Of a DNA stretch of 64,000 nt, positions 1 through 12,199 are shown in pieces. Made by a program: the position numbers and the translations under genes. This DNA is from Raillietiella orientalis. Its lineage: Eukaryota. The notes under the pieces were generated by a model. The model did not search any database. It had not been told where the DNA came from and saw nothing but the letters and a program-made list of their open reading frames with translations. The stretch covers positions 1,302,001 to 1,366,000 of the forward strand of contig JAYWIR010000044.1 in assembly GCA_036172245.1 (NCBI GenBank), written 5' to 3'. Numbering within the stretch: the first letter of the stretch is position 1; each line of letters opens with the position of its first letter.

Positions 1-299
1 CACTTCCCGCCACTTTTTTGCTGCCGATGCTCGGGCTCGGCTGGCGGCGGCAGCAAGAAACACTTGGAATGAGCCGGGATCTCAAAGGACACCGCACACG
101 TGATGCGACGACACCTCTCGAGGCGCAGCGTACTTGGAGTGCTCGCGCGCTCGCACGCTAAGGACGAAGGGAGGAAGTCTCGTGGACCCGAAGGGAAAGA
201 GCACAACGTAGCATCGTGAAACTGCCGAAATGTGATCGTTCCTGTCCGATCCATTCTTCAAGGCGATTGCGACATGGCAGCGGCTGTTGGCTCCTGGAA

Positions 300-2400
300 A
301 CGAATGCACATGTTCCGTGGAGTTTCAGGGAATCGCGGGTTCGCTCTCGGCACTCCGGGTCATTCAAAAGTCTTCAGGCTCTTCGCGAATCTTCTTTCAT
401 CTCACCGATGGCAGCGAAGCTTCCACCTCCCGCAAGTGAACCTCCGAACCCTTGCTGAAGCCAGCGGTCCGCCCCTTCTGCGCTTCGAACATGTAGCCCC
501 ACCGCTATGTAGGTCTCAGCCGTGTCCCAAGTAGGGGGTGCTGCTCGGCTCCGCGTTTTTCCCAATCAGAGGCACTGCAGATCGCAAAGAAGGTCATGGG
601 TGGGTTTCGTTGCAGAGAAGGACTCAAGCTGGGGATGATGAGCTGCCCATCAAACCGCTGCTTCCTGTCATCTTCTCTCGTGTGTATTCAGATACTCGAG
701 GCAATGCTTCGTCGACGGAAAGAAGGAGGGATAGGACTCCCTCGAGTGCATTCTGTTCTCCGTGCCGATTTGCAATGATCATCTCGAACGCTGTCTGCTC
801 ACTCGATAGCTTGTCTCCACGAAACGAAGAGGGCTGGAGGTCGCACGTCTACACCGCGACGAAAATGAAGCGCCTTGTGGTTTCCGCTAGCAACCAGTGT
901 GGCCGCCGCACATGATGAACCCACAGATTGGAACGGCCTTCCGTGGGAAGACATCCACGCGGAAGAACTGGTACCATCTGATGCAGATGTGGACGGAGGA
1001 TTGTTTGGAAATGACACCATGGATCCGCAGAGACAGGACAAGAAGATGAAGAAGCGTGCAATAATCCCAGCTCATTTATTTCACGTGACCCCTCCGTTCA
1101 CTCATAAACAGGACCGATTTGCGGATTTCCCATCTGCTGCTTAGCAATGTCTCTCTGGTGGTTACCATGGCCTCCGGATGAACCAAAGACATTCGCGCAA
1201 AGCGATGCTAAGGGGCATTCGGAAAGCAAAGCAGAGAGAGGGTGGTCCCATCGTTGCTTCCCCGTCCTTCCGTTCGCCTTCTTGAACGCCACTGGCGTGC
1301 TCGCGAGCGTGCAGCGTGCGCCAAGAGTCACGGCATCGCTCTCCTCTGCCACGACGGCGCCACGAAGGACGTCGCTCCGTTTGCCAGACCGGGTCCCTCA
1401 ATGTCCACGTGTCTTGTTCTTGAGGATCCAGTTCGCAGCCACTCGGGAAGCTCCGCACCTGTCAACTTTGCGCGGTGTTTGCCCCAGAGCATCCCCGGAG
1501 CATACACTGGAATGCGGAAAGCTGAAGCGATCCGTGGGAGTGGCACGCCTCTGCCCAAGTCCCCCTCTTGAGACAATAGCAGGCATGCCAAAATCTCCAA
1601 AAGTTGACTGATTCTGTATCATTTGCATTGCCTTGATTCTGGCATGCCTGTCAAGCCTTGCTGCTATTTCGTGTAACGCCGGAAGGACGCTTTTCAGAGA
1701 TGATGCATGCGCGCCGCCTCGCTCTTGTTCCAAACACGATGACTTTGACATGCGTAAGAATTCTACCCTTCTGATTTTTTTTTTTTTTCCTCGTGAAATC
1801 CTTCCTCCTGTTTAACGAAGGCAAGAAACTCCTGATCCTCCTTCTTGACTGACAGATTTCCGCCTTTTCCGAACCGAGGAGGTACAGGACGGGTTCCTCG
1901 TTGATGCTTCCGCGATCCTTGGCAGATCGGCACAGAGAATTCGGCATTTGGGCTCGCAATTTGTAGCTTCAGATGTCCAGAGCAGGTGTCCGTGATCAAC
2001 GATCCGGGTGGCTGCAGAGGAAACAGATTGCAGGTAGCAGCCACACGCCCGTCGGAGAAATCACGAGTTCCGCTGTTGCTTAGGAAATTTCCAAGTTCCC
2101 TCTCAAAGAAGAAGAGAGTGTCGCAGAGACCTGCGTTGCGGACCAGGAAGTGGCAGCACGCGCGGATCCACCAGTGAAAAAACCTCTATGGAGATCGATT
2201 TGTTTGCGTGCTTCTTCGGGGACTTCGTCGCGTTGTCCGAAAAGTGTCCCAGGAACACTTTGCCAAGGCTTCCGCTCCCTCCGGAGCTATTTTTACCTGC
2301 AACAGCACACGCACTTCACTTCTTCCCAGTTCCCACTATCCGGTTTCGAGAGAATCCAAAAGAACTTTCAGCGCGCATCCGTCTAGTTGAGTGAAGAAGA
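300..2400 (+). mobile_element. Decayed RLE-type (R2-like) non-LTR retrotransposon: zinc finger/Myb remnant plus RT remnant
   Basis: Eroded motifs in the expected order across frames: ECTCSVEFQGIAGSLSALRVI (C2H2-like, ~300-370); PWEDIHAEELVPSDADVDGG (RT0-like); IPAHLFHVTPPFTHKQDRFADF (RT1/2-like); AFLNATGVLASVQR (cf. AFLDxxKAFDSV); RSVGVARLCPSPPLET (cf. GVxQGCPLSP). Many stops and frameshifts; ends approximate. Confidence 0.6.
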
Positions 2401-2702
2401 GTCGGGCGGATGAAACCAGCTGGCAGCATTTTTTTTTCCTGCGACGAAAGGCAAGGGGGAGAAGGAGAAGATTTCAGAAGAACCCGATCTTCGGAAGCTT
2501 CAACCACGATTCTGTGGATGCGAGTTGCCGCAATTCCTCGGACTGGATGCGATTTCAGCAGGAGCCTCCTGTCGAAGATCTTCGAGTGACGTCTCGTTCA
2601 AGCATCGCGTTTTTTTTTTTTTTTTTAAAAACAAAACCTTTCCTGCCTCTATTCTAAAACTGTAAGCTGTTTGCACTGCTTACGGTTACTCCTCCCGTCC
2701 CC

Positions 2703-2820
2703 AAGAAGGGAGGAGAAGGAGAGAGGGAGGAAGCAGGGAGGAAGGGAGCAGGATGAAGGGAGGTTGAAGGGACGAGGAGGAGAAAGAGGAAGAGAGAGGA
2801 GGAAGGGAGAAGGTGGAGCA
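2703..2820. repeat. Purine-rich (GA) low-complexity tract
   Basis: About 120 nt almost entirely G/A on the + strand (aagaagggaggagaaggagagagggagg...). Confidence 0.85.
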
Positions 2821-4074
2821 TCTCCAGCCACCAGCTCCTTACTTGCTTCTGCGCCATACCCTCGAAGGAAGAACCCCGTTTCCATTTGAACCCCCGTCTT
2901 CGGCTATTCAGTGATGTTCCGCCTTCACTCAAAGAGCTATGGGAGCTTTTTTTCGGAATCAATGAGCCGAAGTTGCTGAAAAGATTCCAGCAATTTCAAA
3001 GACTCCGCGCTCCAGCAAAGGCCGATCGAAATATGTTTGATCTTCTTCCTTCGGTGCTCCAGTCTAGATGGGCACCTGGTCGGAGCCCATCCGCCGTCTC
3101 CGAAACCTACGAGGCCATGCAGGAGCCCTCAGCCTCGACCCATGCGCTCGCATCTTTACGCATTGAGCTCATGACACCTGCGAACGCCTGTGCATTTGGG
3201 AACTCCCTCACTGGCAGTCACTGTCTAGGCGTTCGATCAGTCGTCTTCCCAGGTCCCGAAAGCTTTTTAACCGTCGCGGAGGGAGTCACCGAAAGGTTCT
3301 GCTTCCGTGGTAACCGAATCCCATGTTCCCTCTGAGTCATAGCAAACCGAATCGTCCCACCGAAGACTGGCTGTTCCGTTTCGCGACTCGCACGAGTGAC
3401 CTTGAAGCTCTGCTCTGCTTCCTTCTTATTTTTATTTTCTTTTTTTTTCATCAAGGGATCTGCCAGCAATGGGGTAAGGGTGTCACTTCAAATCTTTATG
3501 TTTCTTCCTTAAAAATGCACGCCCCAATCCAAGTCGACTGTCGTTATTTACAAGCCCGAGGTCGGTATTTTCTCTTCTTTTCCCTCCCCTTCTTTCTTCA
3601 GAGGAAGACATGGCAATGGACTTCCCTCGAGAAATTTCATTCCCAGTCTGCTGGTACTTCAGCAAGACATGTGCTCGAGAAAAGGTCTTCAAAGCAAACA
3701 CGAGGGGCTCTCCTTGCATTTAAAGACACCGACAAACAGAGTCAGCTGCACCGGATAGGCTGGCAGGCACCATCCGATGTTGTTACTGCATGCTAAAAAT
3801 GTTTATGGACCGGGAAGGAACGCGGAGGGCTGCGAATGAGCCGGGAGGCGCGGGATACATCCGAGCTGAAGTTTTCAGCTGGGAACGCCATTTGGCAAAA
3901 CGCTTCTTTTTTGGTCCAAAGGAAAGAAAAGCTGTTCCTGATCCTGTTAAGAGCTTTCGGGGAGTGTCGCATGCTGCACTGTGGAAAAGGAGGGGTCGTA
4001 GCTCTCCCAGTGTACCTCCTTGTGTTTCGTGCCCTTCTTGCATACCAGCACGCGCTCTTTCCCTGTTCATCTGT

Positions 4075-4795
4075 CTTGTGGCTATGCTCTCTTCGCGTCG
4101 CACCATGAGTTGAGGGTTCGAATCCCACCCCACCCAGAGAAGGGCCGACGATGAGATATGAGTGCGTCGCCCGTTTCCAGGCCTCCCTGCAGGATGACGC
4201 TGGCAGGCATACAGGCTTCCGGAAACCGGATGCCCGTGTTGCCCTGGCGGGATTGGAAGTCGATCCTCTGGGGTCCTTTCTGGTGGTATAATGGAGCCGT
4301 CCATCGAGTAACAGAAAGCTGGTTCATACCCTCGAAAGGGGATTGCCTCTCCATAGTGCAAGAAGCGCGCTGCTCCCTTCAGGGAGCGCCATCCTGGGAA
4401 ATTTGAAAGAGGGGTTCTCTTCAGAGGAGCTAACAAGGAGCACAACCTTTCCTGGGAGTTCCTCTGAAGATGAAATGACGCATGGTCTCCTCCGTGGGGC
4501 AGAGGGAATAGGGAAGAGGTTCCTTTCGTGCTTCCCTTTCAAGCCTAAGAGAGGAACAGACTCCAATCTGCAAGGCCTTCGCGGATTTATAGGGTGGTGT
4601 CTACGGGATTGGTCCTTACAACTTGAAGAGGAGCACGTATGGAATGGACAGTGTTTAAGAGTTCCGTGAGTCTCAATGAAGAAGTCGGACGGTTCTTCAG
4701 CACTTGGGGAACCAAAAGAAGAAAATCCGAAGAAGAAAAAAAGTGAGAAGGAAAACAGCAAAGCAGAAGAACCCAAAAGGGATTTCCGTCATCCT
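4075..4795 (+). mobile_element. tRNA-headed SINE-like element, copy A (long)
   Basis: B-box GGTTCGAATCC at 4115-4125 and GATGACGCTGG at 4193-4203. Body (ggggttctcttcagagga; ggatttatagggtgg; A-rich end) aligns by eye with 33590-34378 and 48005-48520. Confidence 0.7.
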
Positions 4796-5412
4796 GGGTT
4801 TCCATCCTTTGTTTGCATCGAGGGTATGCTGTCGCGACCAGGTGCACTTAAGCTGCAACGCCCGAAGCAACTGGTTCCATGGCTGCAAGAGCTCTTAGTG
4901 AAGGGCCAAGAGTTGAGAAGTCAGGTGGTACGTGGACGTTGCAGAGGGAGAAGTACTCGAGGCGACAGCTGGAGGCCCGACGTCCGATACGGGCATGTGG
5001 GGGAGACGTCAACTCAATCCTTGCGCTCGATCCAGCGCAAGGAAGCATCCCTCCTCTCAAAGTACCCGGATGAAGAGAAGGACGCATCGTCGGCCATCTT
5101 CCGTGCAACGGCGAACACCTTCGATTCGCAAATCCTCGATCTGTTCATGGGACCCCCTTTCTCTGACGACATCGCTCTCCAGGGATGGCGCTGACTGCTT
5201 GAGCATAAGACGCGAAAGACGACAAGAACCTATGGATTGAGCCTTTATCCGGCGCGCCAGAAAGCAGACGACGACCTCGTGGCGGTGACTAACTCGCGAC
5301 CAGCATTCAGAGGACCACCTCAAGGCAGTAGGAGTCGATGACCACGAATCGGCAGTAAGCAAAGTCCGTTCTTTAATGCATCTGCTAGTAGGAGATCGGT
5401 GCGTGAGTCGCC

Positions 5413-5728
5413 TTAGCACCTCATTAAATTAAGCAGGAAGCGGGAACCTGTAATCTTGCAGCTGCAACCCGGAAATGAGGCAGAAACAGCAGTCCTTGAT
5501 TACTGCTCTGCCGATCTCACTCCAGGACCGCGTTTCCTGGCTTCGTCCATGACGAGGAAGGAATCGAAGGGGTCATTAACAGCACCGTTAGCGCTTGTGC
5601 GTCAAGACGAGGTCGCCCACGGACGTCGGTGTGGCAACTGCTGCTGCACATGGTCCGCGTGGCGACAGAGAGTCAGCTGCGAGCCGTTAGAGCTTTTACC
5701 CTCTTCGGACGAAAGGTCACACGGCGTT
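5413..5728 (-). repeat. Left arm of ~315-bp inverted repeat (decayed LINE N-terminal ZF/Myb fragment)
   Basis: Reverse complement of 7363-7676 with scattered substitutions and small indels; both ORF-track translations begin MQLQPGNEAETAVLDYCSAD. Confidence 0.9.
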
Positions 5729-6914
5729 GCCGGGGTGACGACATTGTAGCCACCTCAACCACAGTCTTCAAGGCGTCCTTTCTTGCATCACCAACTCACA
5801 TGACGATCTCTGACTTGAACGGACTTTACTTGCGCCGATTCGGGGTCATCGACTCCCACTGTGGGTGTTGTGGATCAGCAGTTGGTCGTGCCTCTTGGCA
5901 GTCTCTATCCGGTCTGCTGGATGAAGGTGACTTGCCATCTTTCATATCTTTCTCTCAAGCAGCGAGGTTTACCCTCTGGTGGGTGATTCACCCTCTATGT
6001 GGAGCAACTCAGTGCTCTGCCTCTGCGAACCCCGAATGATCGAACCCGTATCGCCGATTATCCCAGATCGCCGGGATTGAGCCAGGTGTGGCGAGAAAGA
6101 TGAGAAGGAATCCCTAGGTCACGCCTTCCCTCAAGTAACTCAAGGGCCAGACGGTGGTTTCCGAGTGAGCCGCCCCAAAAGCCTGGAAACGGGTAGTTGC
6201 GGACGGGAGTATTCGGAGGCAAGTTCGAATCCGAACTCGAGGCAGGGAGAAGCTGGTCGTTTGTCAATGCGTGCGCTACAGGAGCGCTGGAGGCGGCAAG
6301 AAGAAGGAGTGCTGGCGTCGAGAGGGTCGTTTTCCCTTCAAAGGACTACCCCCTCCGTCCCTAAGAGAAATTCTGGAAGTTCTTCCGGGTTCAGGAAACC
6401 GTGGAATGTCGAGGAAATTGGAAATTTTTAACAAGGGCAGCCCGAAACGCTCATGAGAGAAGAGATGTGGAATCGAGGCAACAGCCAAGACAGGAGTGGA
6501 TGATGGAAGCTCTTCCGTTTGCTTGCCTGCGTCCTCATCTTTGCATCAGTGTGTGTAGGACACTTGAACAAAATGGGTCCGGGAAAGCAACCTCTTGCGT
6601 TTCTATGCCTTGTGGATTCCAGGAAGTGCGCGCACAGCAGTCAGGAAGAATGCGGGAGGACTTATCGCTCGCGCCCTCTCGCTCTGATCCTCCTCTCGTT
6701 CCTCTTCATCGGACGTTCAGCCCCAGTCTGGATGATTTTCGGCTGCTCGTGGTGGACATCTGACGGATGCTGCTCCCCGAAGGATTTTCAAAGTGATTTC
6801 ATGGCACGCGATGGATGTGCGAAGGCAGCAGTGGGTCCACGCGTGGTCAAGGGCATCTGAATTCGAGCAGCTCTCCACCCCACCTAACTAACTGGATGGC
6901 ACTCCACGGATCCT

Positions 6915-7355
6915 GATCTTCGGGTAAAAAGTACTCAAGAACTTTCCTCCTAGGGGATCACGAAGCTCTTTAATGCTGTCCAAACTACCCGAGGGTGCAT
7001 GTAAATCTTCAAGTTATAGGGAGTTATTACTCTGGTAGGGGGACCACCCTATGAATCCAGGAAGGCTCCTGATGAAGGAGTCCTTTCTTATTACGCTTGG
7101 GAGGGAACTCCGAGGGGAACAAACTCCTTGTTTCCTGGAAGGACCCCGGAGATCAACATCCACCCCCGGCTAGGCGAGGGAGACATCCGGTTTCCGGCTG
7201 CCAGCAGTGCCGCACCCGAAGTCCACAGGCGAACGAGCGTAATCCTGTGGGGGAGAAAAGATCCAAGGAGCACCCAACCCTCGGCGTCGACTCATTCCTT
7301 GGTGGGGATTCGAACCCGCAACTCCTGGCACCGCTCGCGGAAACTGCAGCCACAC
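6915..7355 (-). mobile_element. tRNA-headed SINE-like element, copy B (internally shortened)
   Basis: Minus-strand B-box GGTTCGAATCC at 7306-7316. Reverse complement reads ctccggggtccttccaggaa...ggagccttcctggattcatagggtgg...taaagagcttc, matching 33776 and 34146-34250. Confidence 0.75.
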
Positions 7356-7362
7356 GTACGTG

Positions 7363-8730
7363 AACGCCGTGTGACCTTTTGCCCGAAGAGGGCAAAAGTT
7401 CTAACGGCTCGCAGCAGTCTCTCTGTCGCCACGAGGACCCCGTGCAGCAGCAGTTGCCGTACCGACATCCGTAGGCGACCTCGTCTTGACGCGCAAGCGC
7501 TAATGGTGTTAGTGACTCCTTCGATTCCTCTCTCGTTATGGGCGAGGCCAGGAAACGCGGACCTGGAGTGACGATCGGCAGAGCAGTAATCAAGGACTGC
7601 TGTTTCTGCCTCATTTCCGGGTTGCAGCTGCAAGAGTTCAGGTTCCCGTTTCCTGCTTAATTTAATGAGGTGCTAACGCGGAGAAACGTTCGGAGCGTGG
7701 AGTGACGTCATTGCATATTGGATTGCTACTCCCTGTCATCTCTAGTCGAGACACCTTCACATCCGCGACTCCGGACCTACGGCCATCCGCTAAGCATCGC
7801 GAATTTTCATCGTCGGGCTTGAACCTGCCTGCTGTTCCGGCATGGCGCCAGGCTGAAGTCTGGCGCGGTCTCCCAGGAGTGGCTATGCGGCTACGCTGCA
7901 TGCGGGGACGACGCCTTCATCATCTTGCTGGGTCCAGCAAGAAGACAGCACCCGATCTGATCGGGAAGTTTCGAACGTCTACGGTGGTTGGTCGGAAACG
8001 ACAGCCATGACGACGGGACGAAAAGACGGACAGGGAAAATGACGGAGGAGCATGCAGCGATCCCAGCCCGTTTCATCCCATGTGATTCTCCAGCTGGCTC
8101 ACAAACAGGACCGATTTGAGGATTTCTCGGCTCCTGCGTGGCAGCGTCGCTCTAGGGATTCCCATGACCTCTTGATATCACTCGGATATTTCATCAACTT
8201 CCGTCTGATCCATCCTGAGGGCACCCCAGATCGCTTCCATCCTTCATCATTACCGCATCATTTCAGCGCGAAGCAGCCATGGGCTTCCTCCTCTCATGTC
8301 TGTTGTGAATTTCAAGATTGCATCTGGCGGACCCCCGCACACGTCCCCGGTGGACACTTGCTGACTTTGGTTTCAGCTCGGAAAGCGGGATGGAGCACTT
8401 CGGTTCTTGGGAATCTGCAATGCCGCAAGCGAAGTTTGCTATTATCAGAGCGGAAACACGGGAGTTCTTCCTCGGGAACAAACTTTCGCCCTCGGCGAGC
8501 GTTACCCTTCCCACTTCGCGAGTAGAGGTCTCATCGTGGGTGACCTCACTACTGCCTCCCACGGTCCCTCTAAGGGATCTCGATCTTGTAGTTTGCCTTC
8601 ATTTTTTGGCAGTCGTGCAAGGTCACCGACGTCGTTGGGGCATGGCTTCTTCCGAAATAAAGTCGCCCGTGCTGATGTCACGCTAGGTTCCGAGTGGCTC
8701 ACCCGTGTGTGCCATCCCGCCTGAGGCGTG
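7363..8730 (+). mobile_element. Decayed RLE-type non-LTR element (ZF/Myb plus RT N-half); includes right arm of the inverted repeat (7363-7676)
   Basis: FCPKRAKVLTARSSLSVATRTPC (C2H2-like) and SASFPGCSCK (Myb-like). 7995-8160 is homologous to 1005-1160 (shared aaacaggaccgatttg). VPSGSPV near 8690 resembles RT motif GVxQGxP. Confidence 0.55.
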
Positions 8731-9819
8731 CGAGCTCCTCAACGGAAAGAAACCAACCGCCAATCCAGAGGCCATCGTGACTCATCTTAACTAATGAGGG
8801 GCACAAGAAATTTTCTGCTTCCTCGCTTGTGCCAGTGGGAATGCACTCCCAAACCTCGGATGAAAGAACAAAGGGACAGCTGATTCAACAGGAAGAAACT
8901 TGTTATCTCCGGGATAAACGCAAAGGGAACTGAAGGAGGTTTTAGAAAACCGAAAGATCCGAGGAAGAAGACAGAGAAGGTTTTGGAAAAATTCCCGAAA
9001 GGTAAAATCGGATCTCCGGGAAGCGAGAATTGAAGTCTAGAAACAGAGCTCACGACCTTAAAATGACTTTGACTGCCTTGAGGCATGAGCGGACGAAAAG
9101 GATTGGACGGGTGACAGGAAGGAGTCTCTGAGATGAAAGACAAGAGTCGCTCAGCGGACGGAGTGACTTAGTCTGTCGATCCACCAGATGGTAGGTAATG
9201 TGACAACCCTGATAGCCGAGAAGACAGATTTTCAAGAAGATCCCGAGGCAAGCAGATTCTCCAGCCAGCTGAAAAGGTGCGCTCTGAACGACGTGGAGGC
9301 TTCTCGGAAAAGACGTGGCGCGACGTGAGGTACGTCTCTCCCGAGCGACCGTCGCTCTGGGAACGAAGCGTCCTGAGGCGTTCCGCCTCAGTGTCGCATT
9401 TCCTCTCCCTCTCATCATTTTCGATCCCACTACATTTTCGATTTCTATTTCCTTTATTTTTTGTCCTCGGAAGGACGAATCGAGAATCGCCTAAGAAACC
9501 ACAGAGAATCGATAGCCGCGAATGACAAGTTAATTCTCTGCAGCTTTCCGCGGAAAACACGTGGTCATGCGCCATGATGTACCCGGGGAAAAACAATGTA
9601 GGCACTCTGACATAGGCCGAAAACAGGCACAGTAGAACAAGGGCAGCCGGGATGAAAGACTTGTTGAAACGATTGTGATCAGGACTCACTATTTCTTTCC
9701 TTTTTTTTGGGTCGCTTCCTACAAATCGCCAGACGGAGAGAGGGGGAACAGCCAGACGGAAATCCGAGAGTCGCGCGCCCGAATATCGCGTCCTGCATCG
9801 AAAGAAACCGTTACTAACC

Positions 9820-10500
9820 TTTGTGACTCGCGGAGCCCACTGCCAGCATGAAACAGAACCACGGCAACCAGCTCAGGCTATGCATCTCTCCACATCTGGG
9901 TTCCTCATAGAGTTCTGTTCGTCGCTCCCGTCAGCAGTCCGCTTCTTTTCCCAGGAGATTCATGGATTTCGGACTCTCGGTGGAGTCTCTCCTAAACATG
10001 GGACTGATCAGAACGCAGTTGCTCAAGATGGGAGGCAACCCTGGCAAACTTTCCAAAACAAGGAATGCGCGTTTCCCCAGCATCGCCCGGAGCGCCCTGC
10101 TACGCCTTTTCCCCTCCCCCCCTTCCGCGGAACGAGGAAGGCAACTGAAATGCTGAGCCTGCTTGGCTCGCACTATCCGAAAATCGCGGAATGACACGCA
10201 CGAGGCTCATTTTCTGATTGGACGATCGGCAGAAGGAAGGGCAACAAAAAGGGCTTTCCTCTCTCCCAGTCCTCCTCCGAAAGGACCCTCGGCGGGAATT
10301 CGGGAATGGCATCCACTTCCACGTTCTTCCCGTTCCCACTGCCCACGCCTCGCTCGTGCCCGCCAGCGCGCTTAGAGAGGACGCCTCCGGGACACTCCAG
10401 GTTTTCGAACATTTCGGGATGAACGGTACGTTCCTATTTCCGTATCGGGACGGAAGATGGCTGCCTCCGGGGACAAAGCACGTTCTGGGCTCCCCCCTCC
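9820..10500 (+). mobile_element. Decayed CCHC/RLE C-terminal fragment of a non-LTR element
   Basis: GTRKATEMLSLLGSHYPKIAE*HAR resembles C..C...ETLxHI...CP...RH. Confidence 0.4.
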
Positions 10501-10899
10501 CCCGTCTTTTCGCATGATCCTCCCGTCAAAGGCACCAGCCCGGCATCCCGGATTCCCGATCCTAGCGCCCGAGCTGCCGCTGCTGCCGCCTGTGTCCTGA
10601 AGCGTGTAGGGGGTGGGGAAACTCTACTCGAGGAACCGTGCGGCGTGGACGGCCATGCTGGCATCTTTCTGAACGGGATGGCAGGTAGGGGCGTCACCAT
10701 TCGCGACCGCTCCTGAGCGAGAAGATGGAAACGGGTCAGGACGAGCAGGGGCGCGAGGTTCGATGCGTGGGTGTGTGGAAAGCAACCACTGACACATGCA
10801 GGTGTATAAAAAAAAGCCGAGTGTATGGGGGAGGATAGGAGGAGGAATGCTTCTTTGGAACTCCGAGTTGACCAAAGACTCGGCAATCAACCGCCATCT

Positions 10900-10995
10900 A
10901 CAAACGCACCCATTTCTCGGGGTCGATGCTTCCACCGGGCGAGGTTCGAACCCGCAGAGCCTTGGTGCCACGCGTGAAAGAGAACGTGACCAACG
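10900..10995 (-). mobile_element. tRNA-derived SINE head (copy C)
   Basis: Reverse complement cgcgtggcaccaaggctctgcgggttcgaacctcgcccgg...tcgaccccgagaaatgggtgcg aligns with the heads at 59460 and 7260-7355. Confidence 0.6.
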
Positions 10996-11470
10996 TGGGT
11001 CTCATCGGCGACTTTTGGAACCGACTGGCCACTGCCGACCTTGGAGCCAGCGACGTGGAACATGCCAACGGGGGACTCCTGAACACGCCGCTGGTCCAAC
11101 TGAGAGCTTCGGTCCCGGAACACCGTGGTCGGACGTGGATCCAGTCTGCACCTCGCTTCGGTGTAGTGGTTACGCGGGGTTACGCAAGTGCCACATGCTA
11201 GTAGGCCGCCTGTTGCTCATCCCTCCCGGAAAGCCACTTTCCACCGACCGGGACGGGCAGCGGAAAGCCCGCAGCCAGCGAGAGTCCGACATCCGCAAGA
11301 CGACTCGGGAGGATTTGAGGGACCTTGGAAACGTCAGAGCAGTGGTGAGCGGAGTTGGTCCGTGGTTCCCCCTACGGGCGCCCGGCGGGCTGTCACTCCG
11401 ATCGAGAGAAGCTCGAGGGAGAAAAACTCTCCGAATGGGGACGCGAAAGGAGCAAGGTTGAGCAAGTTCT

Positions 11471-11701
11471 GGACTCATAAGATGTGGTTGACTGAAGAAG
11501 ACACTTGAGCACTCCTGAAGATGAGTTGGCGTTGATCTGCCTTATGCCTCTTGCTCTAGGAAACCATAGAGCCATCGGGATCCGATTCGGCATCTCGGCT
11601 GCTGGTCTCTTCCAGTCATCGCTATCCGAAACTTTCAAAATGTCCCAGCTGGAGCACAGCGGGTGAGAAAATTCGAGGCTGCGTCTTAAGCACCCGGCAA
11701 G
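11471..11701 (-). repeat. Duplicate of 13106-13327 (LINE RT-thumb fragment)
   Basis: Direct repeat of ~225 bp, e.g. shared gaagaagacacttgagcactcc and ctgccttatgcctcttgctctaggaaacca. Confidence 0.9.
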
Positions 11702-12199
11702 TCCCGTGAGTGGAGCGCATTCGATCGGAAGCTGCTCGGAAATCCCTCCGGATCTTTGGTTCCCCAAGGCACGAAGAGCGTTCCTTTCCTGGGGAACTTC
11801 GACGAATGCGCACCGCCGTCGGAAGGAGCACCCTCCGCATCGCGCGTGGCCTCCGCCTTCAGCAGAGTGGGCTCAGCGAGCCGGATCGGCGCCTTCCCCG
11901 CGAGATAGCGGGTCAAACGGCAGCCCAGGCTCCTTTCGCATCCGACGGTTGAGCGAGTTCTCGAGAACAAACCACTCGTCCACCTGACATCCACGTTCCT
12001 AATGTGAGGGGGAGCGGCACAAAACATCGCAGTTCTTTGAGTTCGCGAGCTTTCCGGGCCTCCCTTCCCCTTCTTCCGTCGCGAAGATCGACGGGAAATT
12101 GGTCTCAACGGCTCTCGAGGACTCATCAACCGGTAAGCCAGGAACGGAAGACCCCTTTCGCCTGAGAGAAGGGCCCGCTAACAATCCAAAATAACGAAG

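Noticed and set aside
5413..7676. DNA transposon with long TIRs
   Set aside because: No TSD and no transposase remnant inside; the arms resemble LINE ZF/Myb coding sequence.
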